From Sandaracinaceae bacterium (GTDB lineage: Bacteria; Myxococcota_A; Polyangia; Polyangiales; Sandaracinaceae), in the NCBI GenBank assembly GCA_045106715.1, contig JBGCFC010000009.1:128001-192000 (forward strand): a stretch of 64,000 nt of DNA. The letters are read 5' to 3'. Both the position numbers and the translations under genes were made by a program. The notes under the pieces are model-generated. The model was not told the origin of the DNA. It saw only the letters and a program-made list of their open reading frames with translations, and ran no database searches. Positions 17,570-26,640 of this stretch are shown in pieces. Position 1 is the first letter of the stretch, and each line of letters begins with the position of its first letter.

Positions 17570-18799
17570 ATGACCCACGAAAGCTACGAGACGTTTCACG
17601 GCGGCCTTCACCCCATCAAGGCCTGGACACACGGCGTGCCGGTGGAGGACAAGGCCCGCGAGCAGCTCCGCAAGATCGCGCTGTTGCCGTTCATCCATCG
17701 CCACGTCGCGGTCATGCCCGACGTGCATCTCGGCATGGGGGCGACGGTCGGCAGCGTCATCCCGACGGTCGGCGCGATCGTGCCGGCGGCGGTCGGTGTG
17801 GACATCGGCTGCGGCATGATGGCGGTGCGCACGTCGCTCGACGCCTCGCAGCTCCCGGACGGCCTCGATGGGTTGCGGTCGGACATCGAGCGAGCCGTCC
17901 CGCACGGGCGCTCCTCGAACGGAGGCCGCAACGACCGCGGCGCCTGGCGAAACCTCCCCAAGCCGGTGGAGAAGAGCTGGGCCGACACGCTCGCCGACGG
18001 CTTCGAACGCATCGCGGACAAGCACCCGCGCTTGCGCAAGGGCAACCTCCACAACCACCTCGGCACGCTCGGCACGGGCAACCACTTCATCGAGCTGTGC
18101 CTCGACGAGGTCGACCGCGTCTGGGTGATGCTGCACAGCGGCTCTCGCGGTGTGGGCAACCGCATCGGGCAGTACTTCATCGCCATGGCCAAGCGTGAGC
18201 TCGAGCGTGCGGGCATCCGCCCGCCGGACCGAGACTTGGCGTATCTGCATGAGGGCTCCGAGAGCTTCGACGACTATGTCGAGGCGGTCTCGTGGGCGCA
18301 GTCCTTCGCGGCCGAGAACCGGCGGCTGATGATGAAGCGAGTGGTCGACGCGCTGCGCAAGTCCGACGCGCTGCCGAGCTTCGACGCCAAGCTCGAGGCG
18401 GTCGAGTGCCACCACAACTACGTCGCGTTCGAGCACCACTTCGGCGAGGACGTCATCGTGACCCGCAAGGGCGCGGTGCGTGCCGGCAAGGGGGAGCTCG
18501 GCATCATCCCTGGCAGCATGGGGGCCAAGAGCTTCATCGTGCGCGGCAAGGGTGAGCCCGAGAGCTTCTGCTCGTGCAGCCACGGCGCGGGGCGCAAGAT
18601 GAGCCGGACCGCGGCCAAGAAGCGCTTCACGGTCGAGGACCACGTCAAGGCGACCGAAGGCGTGTCGTGCCGGAAGGACCGGAGCGTGCTCGATGAGACG
18701 CCCGGCGCGTACAAGGACATCGACGCGGTCATGGCGGCGCAGAGCGCGCTGGTCGATGTCGTGCACACACTCCGGCAGGTCGTCTGCGTGAAGGGGTGA
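17570..18799 (+). CDS. rtcB: RNA-splicing ligase RtcB (canonical, 3'-phosphate / 2',3'-cyclic-phosphate RNA ligase)
   Basis: The 409-aa product is collinear with E. coli RtcB over its whole length: 'MPDVHLGMGATVGSVIPT', 'GVDIGCGM', 'LGTLGTGNHFIELC', 'LHSGSRGVGN', 'CHHNYV', 'IIPGSMGAKSFIVRG', 'SCSHGAGR' and 'YKDIDAVMAAQSALV..TLRQVVCVKG'. Confidence 0.95.
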   Translation: MTHESYETFHGGLHPIKAWTHGVPVEDKAREQLRKIALLPFIHRHVAVMPDVHLGMGATVGSVIPTVGAIVPAAVGVDIGCGMMAVRTSLDASQLPDGLDGLRSDIERAVPHGRSSNGGRNDRGAWRNLPKPVEKSWADTLADGFERIADKHPRLRKGNLHNHLGTLGTGNHFIELCLDEVDRVWVMLHSGSRGVGNRIGQYFIAMAKRELERAGIRPPDRDLAYLHEGSESFDDYVEAVSWAQSFAAENRRLMMKRVVDALRKSDALPSFDAKLEAVECHHNYVAFEHHFGEDVIVTRKGAVRAGKGELGIIPGSMGAKSFIVRGKGEPESFCSCSHGAGRKMSRTAAKKRFTVEDHVKATEGVSCRKDRSVLDETPGAYKDIDAVMAAQSALVDVVHTLRQVVCVKG

Positions 18800-18972
18800 A
18801 GGCGCCTCTAACGGCCCGTCAAAGAACCGTTGTGCCGCGCCTCGAACCCGGGACCCACCGCCCAGGCCGCCTGTCGCTCCTCCAAAATCCTCGGGGATTT
18901 CGTAGTCACGCCATGCGGCCAGGACGGCGCGTCGCGTGCCCGATCCATCAACGTCGATTCTTCAACGGGCTG

Positions 18973-19488
18973 CTACAGGGTTCGGTACCAGAGCACCATG
19001 CCTACGAACGCCACACCGAAGCAGGCGAGCGGGGCCTCGATCGGGTCGAGGCCCCGCGCCACGACGGTGTCGGTGTAGACACAACACAGCACCGCGGCGC
19101 TTGTGCCGAAGACCATCAGCGCGACACCGACGCGCGCAAGGAGTTGGGGCGAGGCGCCGGAGGCCTCGGCGACGGCGACCTCGAGCGAGACCCCTTCCTG
19201 CATGCTCTGCACGACTCGACGCGCGTCGTCGTTTGTACCCGGTTCCGGCTCGGGGAGAAGCTCACTCCAGCGGCCCATGGCGATGCGCAACAGCAGGTGC
19301 GGCCATCTCCAGGCCAGCAGCAGCGCCGCTCCGATCGCGAGCGAGGAACCGACGATCACTCCGATGTGAACGGCCCAGATCCCGAGCGCGAGGAGCGGCA
19401 CGAGGAGGAAGAGCAGCACCCATACGACCTGCCGCCCTCCCGCGCGGTCGTTTCGGGTGCGCTCGTCCTCACGGGGCTTCGAGCTCAC
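18973..19488 (-). CDS. Hypothetical integral membrane protein (about 4 TM helices)
   Basis: Hydrophobic helices 'VVWVLLFLLVPLLALGIWAVHIGVIV' and 'GVALMVFGTSAAVLCCVY'. Its start overlaps the stop of the upstream gene (19485-19488). Confidence 0.45.
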   Translation of the reverse strand: MSSKPREDERTRNDRAGGRQVVWVLLFLLVPLLALGIWAVHIGVIVGSSLAIGAALLLAWRWPHLLLRIAMGRWSELLPEPEPGTNDDARRVVQSMQEGVSLEVAVAEASGASPQLLARVGVALMVFGTSAAVLCCVYTDTVVARGLDPIEAPLACFGVAFVGMVLWYRTL

Positions 19489-20267
19489 TTCAGGCCGGAC
19501 TCGTCCCGGCGTGCCTGCGCCTTGGCTTCCGCTTCCGAGCGCAGCCTCTCGATGCGGGTGGCGTGCTCGCCATCGGCATGACCTCGAGCGGCCCGCAGCG
19601 TGTCGCTCGCTTCGGCGTATCGTTCCTCCTGGAGCAGCATGCGGCCGAGCGCTTCCTCATGGTGCGCTTGGGTGGCGCGGAGCCGCGGTCGCTGTTCGGC
19701 TTGGGTCAGGAAGGCGAGAGCGACGCGTCGCCAGCGGACCGCGTCGTCGGCGCGACCGAGCGTATCGGACCAGCGCGAGATGCGGTCGGCCTGCCACGCG
19801 AGGTCTTCGTGGTGGCGCGGCGCATCGTCCTCCGCGGGCATCTGCGCGCCCAACGCGTAGAACGCCAGCTCCATCTTCTTCGGCGCTTCGCCGTCGTTCC
19901 GGGCCCACGCCTTTGCCGCGTTCCAACCCGCGGTGAGCGCAGCCTCGCGCCCTTCCAACGTGCGCTCCGACAATGCCTGAAGGGCCGCCTCGCGGTCCCC
20001 CCCGATCGAGGCGCGCAGCCGAAGCACAGCCGTCTCGATGGAGGGCGGGAGCTTGCTGAGGTCGCTCCGCAGTCGGCGCCGAATGCGCTTCGCACGCGCC
20101 GGGTGACCTTCTGCGTCGAAGTCCTCGGCGATCTCCGCGAGAAGGGCGATCCACGGGGGAGCGTCTTCGGGTCGCGTTCTCATGCAGCGGGTGAGTTCGC
20201 GGCTCGCCCGACGGCTGCGGCCATCGGTGCTCTCGACCTCGCGCACACGCTGAACCGTGGTCGCCAC
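19485..20267 (-). CDS. Hypothetical alpha-helical (TPR-like) protein
   Basis: The 260-aa product has helical-repeat-like composition ('ALQALSERTLEGREAALTAGWNAAKAWARN...'). It is translationally coupled on both sides within a tight four-gene minus-strand operon. Confidence 0.4.
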   Translation of the reverse strand: MATTVQRVREVESTDGRSRRASRELTRCMRTRPEDAPPWIALLAEIAEDFDAEGHPARAKRIRRRLRSDLSKLPPSIETAVLRLRASIGGDREAALQALSERTLEGREAALTAGWNAAKAWARNDGEAPKKMELAFYALGAQMPAEDDAPRHHEDLAWQADRISRWSDTLGRADDAVRWRRVALAFLTQAEQRPRLRATQAHHEEALGRMLLQEERYAEASDTLRAARGHADGEHATRIERLRSEAEAKAQARRDESGLK

Positions 20268-20270
20268 GAC

Positions 20271-21074
20271 CTATCCGTGCACCGCGTGGTGGGCGGCGAG
20301 GGTCTTCTCGACGTTGGCGAAGGCCGCCGCCACACGAACCTTGATGGGCGGTCCGCCGTCGCGCTTCGGACGAAGCACGCGGGAGTGTGCCGCGACGAGA
20401 TTCTCGACGTCCCCACAGCGCTCGACCAGGTCGGCCGCCCACTCCCGGAAGGCGCTGACCGCGCCCGGCCGCTCTTCGAGCACCTTCGCGAGCGTCGGGT
20501 GAAAGCGGGTCAGCTCGCGTGTGCCCCACAAGCTCGGCCACCACCGCAGGAACCAGGGGATGCGAACCTGGAGCAACGTGTCGTCGACGTGCAGCGTCTT
20601 GGAGGCGCGATGGATCGCGAGGACCGACGCGAAGTGAAGGTTCTCGTTGTCCGGCACGAAGTGCACGCCTGGCGGCACCGAGAAGTCGAAGTCGTCAGCG
20701 AAGAGCGCGTGGAGCGCCTCCGACTCCGTGCGCTCGGGCTGCCACGCAAGATCGGCGAAGCGCGCGATGTGCCGGTCGGTACCGTACAGCCGCGCGCTCG
20801 GGAACTGGTTGTGCATGGCCTCGGTGTGCATCGTGTGGAACGGGTGCAGGTTGAGGATGGCGCTGACCTTGTCGGGACCGCCCGTCTTCTCTTCCACCCA
20901 AGCGCGCGTCGCGTCGTCGAGTGTGTAGGTGTCCAGAAACACCCACTCCCCGTTGCTTCGTCGCACGAGGGAGCACTGGGTGCCGAGCTCGATCAGCCCT
21001 CGGATCTTGTAGGAGCCTCGGCAGTTGTAAAAGCCGTTGCCGAGCTCGATGACGCCGCGCGGAACAGAAGACAT
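20271..21074 (-). CDS. Hypothetical protein (DUF4336-like?), conserved His-rich segment 'NLHPFHTMHTEAMH'
   Basis: The 267-aa product has protein-like composition. A 3-nt gap separates it from each flanking gene. Confidence 0.4.
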   Translation of the reverse strand: MSSVPRGVIELGNGFYNCRGSYKIRGLIELGTQCSLVRRSNGEWVFLDTYTLDDATRAWVEEKTGGPDKVSAILNLHPFHTMHTEAMHNQFPSARLYGTDRHIARFADLAWQPERTESEALHALFADDFDFSVPPGVHFVPDNENLHFASVLAIHRASKTLHVDDTLLQVRIPWFLRWWPSLWGTRELTRFHPTLAKVLEERPGAVSAFREWAADLVERCGDVENLVAAHSRVLRPKRDGGPPIKVRVAAAFANVEKTLAAHHAVHG

Positions 21075-21077
21075 GGC

Positions 21078-21683
21078 TCACAGGTAGCTCACGCGGCCGC
21101 CTTCGGGAAACACAAACGGGTGGCCGCGCTCGTCGAGCAGCTCGAGGAACGCGTCGGGGCCGCGCGTGCGAAGAAAGTCGCGCTCGGCGAGCGACATGGG
21201 CAGTACCCACAGCAGTTCGACCGGGTCGCCCAGCATCGTGAGCAGCTCGCTGATGCGCTGGTGTTCTCCGACGGGCGTGTCCGTGAGGAACACATTGGGG
21301 AGCGCGACGGTGTCGCCCGCGTCTTCGGCCAGCAGCTCGAGCCCGCCGGGCACGAAGAAGTGACCCAGCAGCTGCACGGCGTGGTCGAAGTCGAGGAAGG
21401 TGTCGTTCTCGAATGGGAGGTGCGCGATCGCATGCAGCCCGTATTGGTAGTCGAACGCGCCCGGCGCGGCGTAGAAGATCAGCTCGCGACGCAGCGTCTC
21501 GCCCTCGTCGTCTTCCATCGCGACGTCGCTCATCCCGAACGTCACCCAGACGTCGACCGGGGCGTCATCGACGGCGATGCCGTAGCGGCGCACCTCGATG
21601 TGAGGGACCGCGTCGTCCGAGTCGGGGGCCACGGAGAGCACCTCTCCGAAGAGCTCGGCGTACACCTCGTCACGCGACCGCAT
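21078..21683 (-). CDS. Suppressor-of-fused (SUFU)-like domain protein
   Basis: The 201-aa acidic protein contains 'RRELIFYAAPGAFDYQYGLHAIAHLPFE...VELLWVLPMSLAERDFLRTRGPDAFLELLDERG', which resembles the bacterial SUFU family. That family is often an immunity-type protein in polymorphic-toxin loci. Confidence 0.4.
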   Translation of the reverse strand: MRSRDEVYAELFGEVLSVAPDSDDAVPHIEVRRYGIAVDDAPVDVWVTFGMSDVAMEDDEGETLRRELIFYAAPGAFDYQYGLHAIAHLPFENDTFLDFDHAVQLLGHFFVPGGLELLAEDAGDTVALPNVFLTDTPVGEHQRISELLTMLGDPVELLWVLPMSLAERDFLRTRGPDAFLELLDERGHPFVFPEGGRVSYL

Positions 21684-21712
21684 TCAGCGAGGGTACCAGG
21701 CCGTGCTCACGC

Positions 21713-22573
21713 TCAGGGCTGCACGTCCTCCGTCGTCCTCGGGGCGCAGACCGCGGCGACGCCCTCCACCCCGCTGGGGTAGCGTGCGTAGAGGCTCGGG
21801 TCGTGTCCCGCCAGCACGTTGTTGGCGCCGACTTCGGAGACCGCCGCGGCGACGTCTCGTACCGTGCGCTCCGTGTTCCCCGTGACTGCCACGGCGGTCC
21901 CCGGGTCGATGTTGCGGGGCAAGTAGACCGCGTCGCCCACGATGATCACCCGGCGGTCAGCGCACGGGACCTCGACAAACACATGGTTGCGGGTGTGTGC
22001 CCCGGCCACCCGAACGAGAAGCGAGTCGGCGACGGTCGTGCGACGAGAGAAGGGCCGGACGCGGTCGTCGCTCACGGTGTTGCGCACCCAGCCCGAGACC
22101 CGCGGCCACTCGGCTTGTTGTACGTGCACCCGCGCATTCGGGAACCGGATCAACCCCTCGGAGTGGTCCCAGTGGTAGTGCGTCAGGATCACGTCGGTGA
22201 CCGCACCAGGCGCGATCCCGATCCGGGCCAGCGCCTCGACGACGCTCACCGAGCGAACGACTCCCCATCGTCGCTGCAGCGTCTCACGCCGGGGTGACGC
22301 GAGCGCGTCCGTGCCCGTGTCGACCAGTACGACGTGCCCGTGCCCGACCACCGCGAAGAAACCCCATGACATCTCCACCCGCTCCGTGGGCTCCGCGTCC
22401 GCCACCAGACGAGACGCCGGCACGCCCTCCGACGCCGCGTGTTCGAGTGCAAAGACCTGCCACGCGTCGGCGTCCACGTTCGGGGCTTGAGCCTGCGCGA
22501 CGGTCGGTACGACGAGCGCAAACGCGGTCAGCGTGATCCCGGTGAGCCATGGGAAGCGGACAGACGGCATCAT
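21713..22573 (-). CDS. Secreted MBL-fold metallo-hydrolase (lactonase-like)
   Basis: Signal peptide 'MMPSVRFPWLTGITLTAFALVVPTVAQAQA'. Motifs 'HGHVVLVDTG' and 'ILTHYHWDHSEG' (HxHxDH). Its start overlaps the histidine-kinase stop by 4 nt. Confidence 0.7.
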   Translation of the reverse strand: MMPSVRFPWLTGITLTAFALVVPTVAQAQAPNVDADAWQVFALEHAASEGVPASRLVADAEPTERVEMSWGFFAVVGHGHVVLVDTGTDALASPRRETLQRRWGVVRSVSVVEALARIGIAPGAVTDVILTHYHWDHSEGLIRFPNARVHVQQAEWPRVSGWVRNTVSDDRVRPFSRRTTVADSLLVRVAGAHTRNHVFVEVPCADRRVIIVGDAVYLPRNIDPGTAVAVTGNTERTVRDVAAAVSEVGANNVLAGHDPSLYARYPSGVEGVAAVCAPRTTEDVQP

Positions 22574-24246
22574 CGTTTCATGGGGGCTGCGATGCCAAGC
22601 CCGTGCATGGCCTGGACGACCTCCTTGAGCTCCACGAGCGAAAGGGGCTTCTGGATGAATCGGTTCTCCATTTGGTCGCGAAACGCCTGTGCTTGCTCTG
22701 TGTAGGTGCCCCCCGACATGAACACCAGCCGGCTCATCAGATGGGGATATCGGTTTCGAACGACTTCGTGCACTTCCGTGCCGGAGACGTTCGGCATCAT
22801 CACGTCGCACAACACCAGGTCAAAAACGGCTCCCGCCGCAAACAGGTCGAGCGCCTTCTGTCCCCCATCGACGAGGGTCACTTCGTGCTCTCTGAGGTGC
22901 CGCTTCAGAGCGCGTGCGACAAGCTCTTCGTCGTCGCAGATGAGGATGCGAAGGGAGCGTGTCACCGTCGTCGATGCGATCTCGCGGGCCTGACTGAGAG
23001 GCGGAGACGACGTGCGGTCGACGGGGAGGGTGATGCGAACGAGGGTGCACCCTGGTGCGCTCTCGATGGTCAACGTGCCCCTACTGTCGCGGACGATGCG
23101 CTCGGACAGCGCGAGTCCGAGTCCGGTACCCTCACCCACTGGCTTGGTGGTGAAGAACGGCTCCCGTACCCGCGCCAGCAGCGCCTCCGGGATGCCCGGC
23201 CCGTTGTCTTCCACCTCGAGGGTTGCCTCCTCCCCGTCGCTCTCGGCACGGACGGCGACCAGATGCTGGTCACGTAGCCCCTGGGGGAGGGCCTGCGCTG
23301 CGTTGACGATCAAGTTCAGCAGCACTTGCACCAGTCGGGCTTCGTCACACGAGACGAGCAATCCATGCTCGATGCGCTCCTCGACGCGAGCCTTCGTGTG
23401 CAGGTGGCCCTGCGCCATCGACAACGCGCTGCGCACCGCGCGAGCGACGTCAGCGCCCTGCTCGGTCGGCTCGGTCGGTCTCGTGAACGTACGGAGATCC
23501 GCAACGATGCGCTGGATCCGTCGAAGTCCTTCGAGGGAGTCGGTGAGGGCTTCGTCCAGCGCCGTGGGAGCGGGGTGCAGTGTCTGCTGGACGAAGGCGA
23601 GGTTTCCCTGGATGAAAGACAGGGGATTGTTGATCTCGTGCGCGACAGAGGCTGCGAGGCGGCCCATCGACGCCAGGCGTTCGGTTTGCCGAACTTGCTC
23701 GTTTGCGTTGGCACGTACCGCTTCGAGCTCCGCCTCGCGTCTCAACGCCTCGAGCGCAGAAATCCGAGCAAGGCTCGCGTTCTTCCCGCGTTCGTAAAAC
23801 AGCCCCGCCGAGACCAGCGTCCCGCACATCACCACCGCGGCGACGTGTTCGTTGAATGCGGCGCGCTCCTCCGGGGTCGGCTGGTACCAAACGCCGAAGT
23901 CATTGACTCCCAGAAGCAAGACCGCGAGCCCACAGGCGACACTCCATCCGTAGCCATACCGGGTGCCGAAGATCATCATCGCGAAGAGGGGGATCTCGGC
24001 GAGCGCGGCGGTGGCCGCCGAGAGCCCCGGGTTGGGGTTCTGCAGACTGATGACGACGAGGATCGCGAACACCAACCCGAGAACCGCGTTGGAAACCAGG
24101 TAGAAGCGTCCGGTCAACGCCAGCAGCCAGGGCGCGCCCCCACACGCGAAGACCAAGCCCAGGTCCGCCGCAGCCAGCATCCATTCGCCTGCGAGCACGC
24201 GCCCGACGAGCACGATCCCAAACATCGCAGCCATCAGCCACGACAA
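22570..24246 (-). CDS. Hybrid sensor histidine kinase / response regulator (membrane)
   Basis: N-terminal TM helices. H-box 'ASVAHEINNPLSFIQGN'. ATPase region 'VEDNGPGIP...GTGLGLALS'. C-terminal receiver 'ILICDDEELVARAL...LVLCDVMMPNVSG'. Confidence 0.85.
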   Translation of the reverse strand: MSWLMAAMFGIVLVGRVLAGEWMLAAADLGLVFACGGAPWLLALTGRFYLVSNAVLGLVFAILVVISLQNPNPGLSAATAALAEIPLFAMMIFGTRYGYGWSVACGLAVLLLGVNDFGVWYQPTPEERAAFNEHVAAVVMCGTLVSAGLFYERGKNASLARISALEALRREAELEAVRANANEQVRQTERLASMGRLAASVAHEINNPLSFIQGNLAFVQQTLHPAPTALDEALTDSLEGLRRIQRIVADLRTFTRPTEPTEQGADVARAVRSALSMAQGHLHTKARVEERIEHGLLVSCDEARLVQVLLNLIVNAAQALPQGLRDQHLVAVRAESDGEEATLEVEDNGPGIPEALLARVREPFFTTKPVGEGTGLGLALSERIVRDSRGTLTIESAPGCTLVRITLPVDRTSSPPLSQAREIASTTVTRSLRILICDDEELVARALKRHLREHEVTLVDGGQKALDLFAAGAVFDLVLCDVMMPNVSGTEVHEVVRNRYPHLMSRLVFMSGGTYTEQAQAFRDQMENRFIQKPLSLVELKEVVQAMHGLGIAAPMKR

Positions 24247-24485
24247 TGGCGGTGCGCCCGCGGCGTGCCATGTCGGGTCCGGCTTCCTGCATCCAGGCGG
24301 GAAGGAAGCGGTCGATTCGCGCTGTGACCGATGGCACCAGGCCTTCAGAGTATCGGCCCGTACCGTCTACGCGAACAAGGAGCACAGAGTTTTCTACCTC
24401 GTTTCGGATGCACGACGAGACGCCTTGGCCGTTGCTGTGTCCCACCCTGATTGGCTAGATCCCCGCGCCCTGGCATCGTGCGCCC

Positions 24486-24860
24486 ATGAACGAGGTCTCG
24501 CAGCCGCAGCTGGCTCTCTTTCTGAACGTCGGGATGACCGTCGCGTTCACCTTCGTGTGGATGTCCGTCTTCGCCTTTACGGCGTTCCGCTACGTGCAAT
24601 CGCTCAAGGACGGGGAGAAGGCGGTCACGGGCTCGCTCGTGCTCTGGGGAGTCACGGTTGGAGGCCTCTTTACGGGGCCGTGTGCGCTGCTGTTCGCCGT
24701 CCTCGGGGTGTTCGTCGCTGGGGTGCGGCTCGCGCGCAAGGTCGAGATGAACGCGCCCACGCGCGCGGCGACCATCGCCACCTTCGCGCACAGTTCGGTG
24801 ATGCTACTCATGCTTCTCTGCACCGGTGTGGTGCTCTACTGGGGTGGCTTCTTCGGCTGA
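24486..24860 (+). CDS. Small hypothetical membrane protein (3-4 TM)
   Basis: 124 aa, highly hydrophobic ('MTVAFTFVWMSVFAFTAF', 'LVLWGVTVGGLFTGPCALLFAVLGVFVAGV'). Confidence 0.4.
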   Translation: MNEVSQPQLALFLNVGMTVAFTFVWMSVFAFTAFRYVQSLKDGEKAVTGSLVLWGVTVGGLFTGPCALLFAVLGVFVAGVRLARKVEMNAPTRAATIATFAHSSVMLLMLLCTGVVLYWGGFFG

Positions 24861-24890
24861 ACGGCGGAGGGAGAATGGGGAGGCAGCGCG

Positions 24891-25274
24891 ATGGCGAGAG
24901 TGACGGGAATCGGTGGCGTGTTCATTCGCTCGGGGGACCCCAAGACCCTCGCGGCCTGGTACGCGGAGCACCTGGGGATCGAGCTCGAGGACTACGGCGT
25001 CGCGACGCTGAGGTGGACCGACGAGGTGCCGGCGGGCACGGGTCAGACCGTCTGGAGCCCGTTCGCAAAGGACACGGAGTACTTCGGTGACGCGTCGCAG
25101 CAGGTGATGATCAACTACCGCGTGGACGACCTCGAGGCGCTGCTCGCCCAGCTGGCTGAGGCCGGCGTCTGGATCGACCCGAAGCGCGAGGACGAGGGCT
25201 ACGGGAAGTTCGCGTGGATCAAGGACCTGGAGGGGAACCGGCTGGAGTTGTGGGAGCCGCTCGCGGGCACCTGA
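24891..25274 (+). CDS. VOC family protein (glyoxalase/bleomycin-resistance fold)
   Basis: 'VTGIGGVFIRSGDPKTLAAWYAEHLGI...GKFAWIKDLEGNRLELWEP' is typical of small VOC proteins. Confidence 0.7.
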   Translation: MARVTGIGGVFIRSGDPKTLAAWYAEHLGIELEDYGVATLRWTDEVPAGTGQTVWSPFAKDTEYFGDASQQVMINYRVDDLEALLAQLAEAGVWIDPKREDEGYGKFAWIKDLEGNRLELWEPLAGT

Positions 25275-25282
25275 ACGCAAAG

Positions 25283-25313
25283 CGCCCACCTCGGTCGAGC
25301 CGAGATGGGCGCG
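25283..25313. terminator. Strong hairpin between convergent VOC gene and aceA (candidate bidirectional terminator)
   Basis: GCGCCCACCTCGG-tcgag-CCGAGATGGGCGC forms a 13-bp stem with one mismatch and a 5-nt loop. It has no U-tract, as is usual in high-GC genomes. Confidence 0.4.
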
Positions 25314-25332
25314 GTGTCGACCGAGGCGTGGC

Positions 25333-26604
25333 TCAGAACTGCTCTTCTTCGGTCGAGCCCTTGAGCGCGGTGGTCGAACTCTGCCCGCCGCTGACCATGT
25401 TGGTCACCATGTCGAAGTAGCCCGTGCCGACCTCGTGCTGGTGCTTGGTCGCGGTGTAGCCCATCGACTCCGCTGCGAACTCCTTCTCCTGCAGCGCGGA
25501 GTAGGCGCTCATGCCGCGCTCGTTGTAGTCCGCGGCCAGCATGAAGCTCGAGTAGTTGAGCATGTGGAAGCCGGCCAGCGTGACGAACTGGAACTTGTAG
25601 CCCATCGCGCCGAGCTCGCGCTGGAACTTGGCGATGGTCGACTCGTCGAGGTTCTTCTTCCAGTTGAAGCTGGGGCTGCAGTTGTAGGCGAGCCGCTTGT
25701 CCGGGAAGTCCTTGAGGACGGACTCGGCGAACTCCTTCGCCTGCTCGAGGTTCGGCTTGCCCGTCTCCATCCAGATGAGATCGGCGATGGGGGCGTAGGC
25801 CTTCGCGCGGGCGATGCAGCTCTCCATGCCGTGCTTGACGTAGAAGAAGCCCTCGGGGCTCCGCTCGCCAGTGCAGAACGGCTTGTCGCGGTCGTCGATG
25901 TCGCTGGTGAGCAGCTTGGCGCTGTCGGCGTCGGTCCGCGCGACGAGCACGGTCGGCACGCCGCAGACATCGGCCGCGAGGCGGGCCGCGGTGAGGCTAC
26001 GGAGGAACTGACCGGTCGGCACGAGCACCTTGCCGCCGAGGTGGCCGCACTTCTTCTCGCTGGAGAGCTGGTCCTCGAAATGAACGCCGGCGGCGCCCGC
26101 GTCGATCATGTTCTTCATCATCTCGAACGCGTTGAGCGGTCCGCCGAAACCGGCTTCGGCGTCCGCGACGATCGGGACGAAGAAGTCCGTGCCCGCCTTG
26201 CCGTCGACCGAGTCGATCTGGTCGGCGCGCATCAGCGCGTTGTTGATGCGCTTGACCAACTTCGGCACGGAGTCGGCAGGGTAGAGGCTCTGGTCGGGGA
26301 AGGTCTGCGCGGCGGTGTTGGCGTCGGCCGCGACCTGCCAACCGGAGCAGTAGATGGCCTCGAGGCCCGCGCGCACCATCTGCACGGCCTGCCCGCCGGT
26401 CAGCGCGCCGAGCGAGCGCACGAACGGCTGGTCATCCATGGCCTTCCAGAGGCGTCGGGCGCCCTTGTCGGCGAGGGTGTAGGAGAGGCGAACCGAGCCG
26501 CGCAGCTTCTTGACGTCGTCCAGCGTGTAGGGCCGCTCGACGCCCTTCCAGCGCTCGTGGGACCAGTCGTCGGTGTCTCGCTCGATGGGGGGAAGCGTCG
26601 TCAC
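25333..26604 (-). CDS. aceA: Isocitrate lyase
   Basis: It carries the signature 'KKCGHLGGK' together with '[28 protein letters not shown]' and 'SPSFNW'. Length is 423 aa. Confidence 0.95.
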   Translation of the reverse strand: MTTLPPIERDTDDWSHERWKGVERPYTLDDVKKLRGSVRLSYTLADKGARRLWKAMDDQPFVRSLGALTGGQAVQMVRAGLEAIYCSGWQVAADANTAAQTFPDQSLYPADSVPKLVKRINNALMRADQIDSVDGKAGTDFFVPIVADAEAGFGGPLNAFEMMKNMIDAGAAGVHFEDQLSSEKKCGHLGGKVLVPTGQFLRSLTAARLAADVCGVPTVLVARTDADSAKLLTSDIDDRDKPFCTGERSPEGFFYVKHGMESCIARAKAYAPIADLIWMETGKPNLEQAKEFAESVLKDFPDKRLAYNCSPSFNWKKNLDESTIAKFQRELGAMGYKFQFVTLAGFHMLNYSSFMLAADYNERGMSAYSALQEKEFAAESMGYTATKHQHEVGTGYFDMVTNMVSGGQSSTTALKGSTEEEQF

Positions 26605-26640
26605 GGGATCTCCTAGGTTCGGTGCGAATGAGGCCAGAGG

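Noticed and set aside
17381-18766. N-terminal roughly 460 aa of the 603-aa minus-strand ORF 16955..18766
   Set aside because: It is directly antisense to canonical rtcB, which is collinear with E. coli RtcB. Only the C-terminal 141 codons (16955-17380), which lie outside rtcB, are kept as a possible small gene.
24246-24485. TGGCAC-like sequences (tgGCACcaggccttc, ctGGCATcgtgcgcc) upstream of the histidine kinase and small membrane protein
   Set aside because: The -12 element (GC at the correct 10-nt spacing) is absent, so these are not convincing sigma54 promoters.
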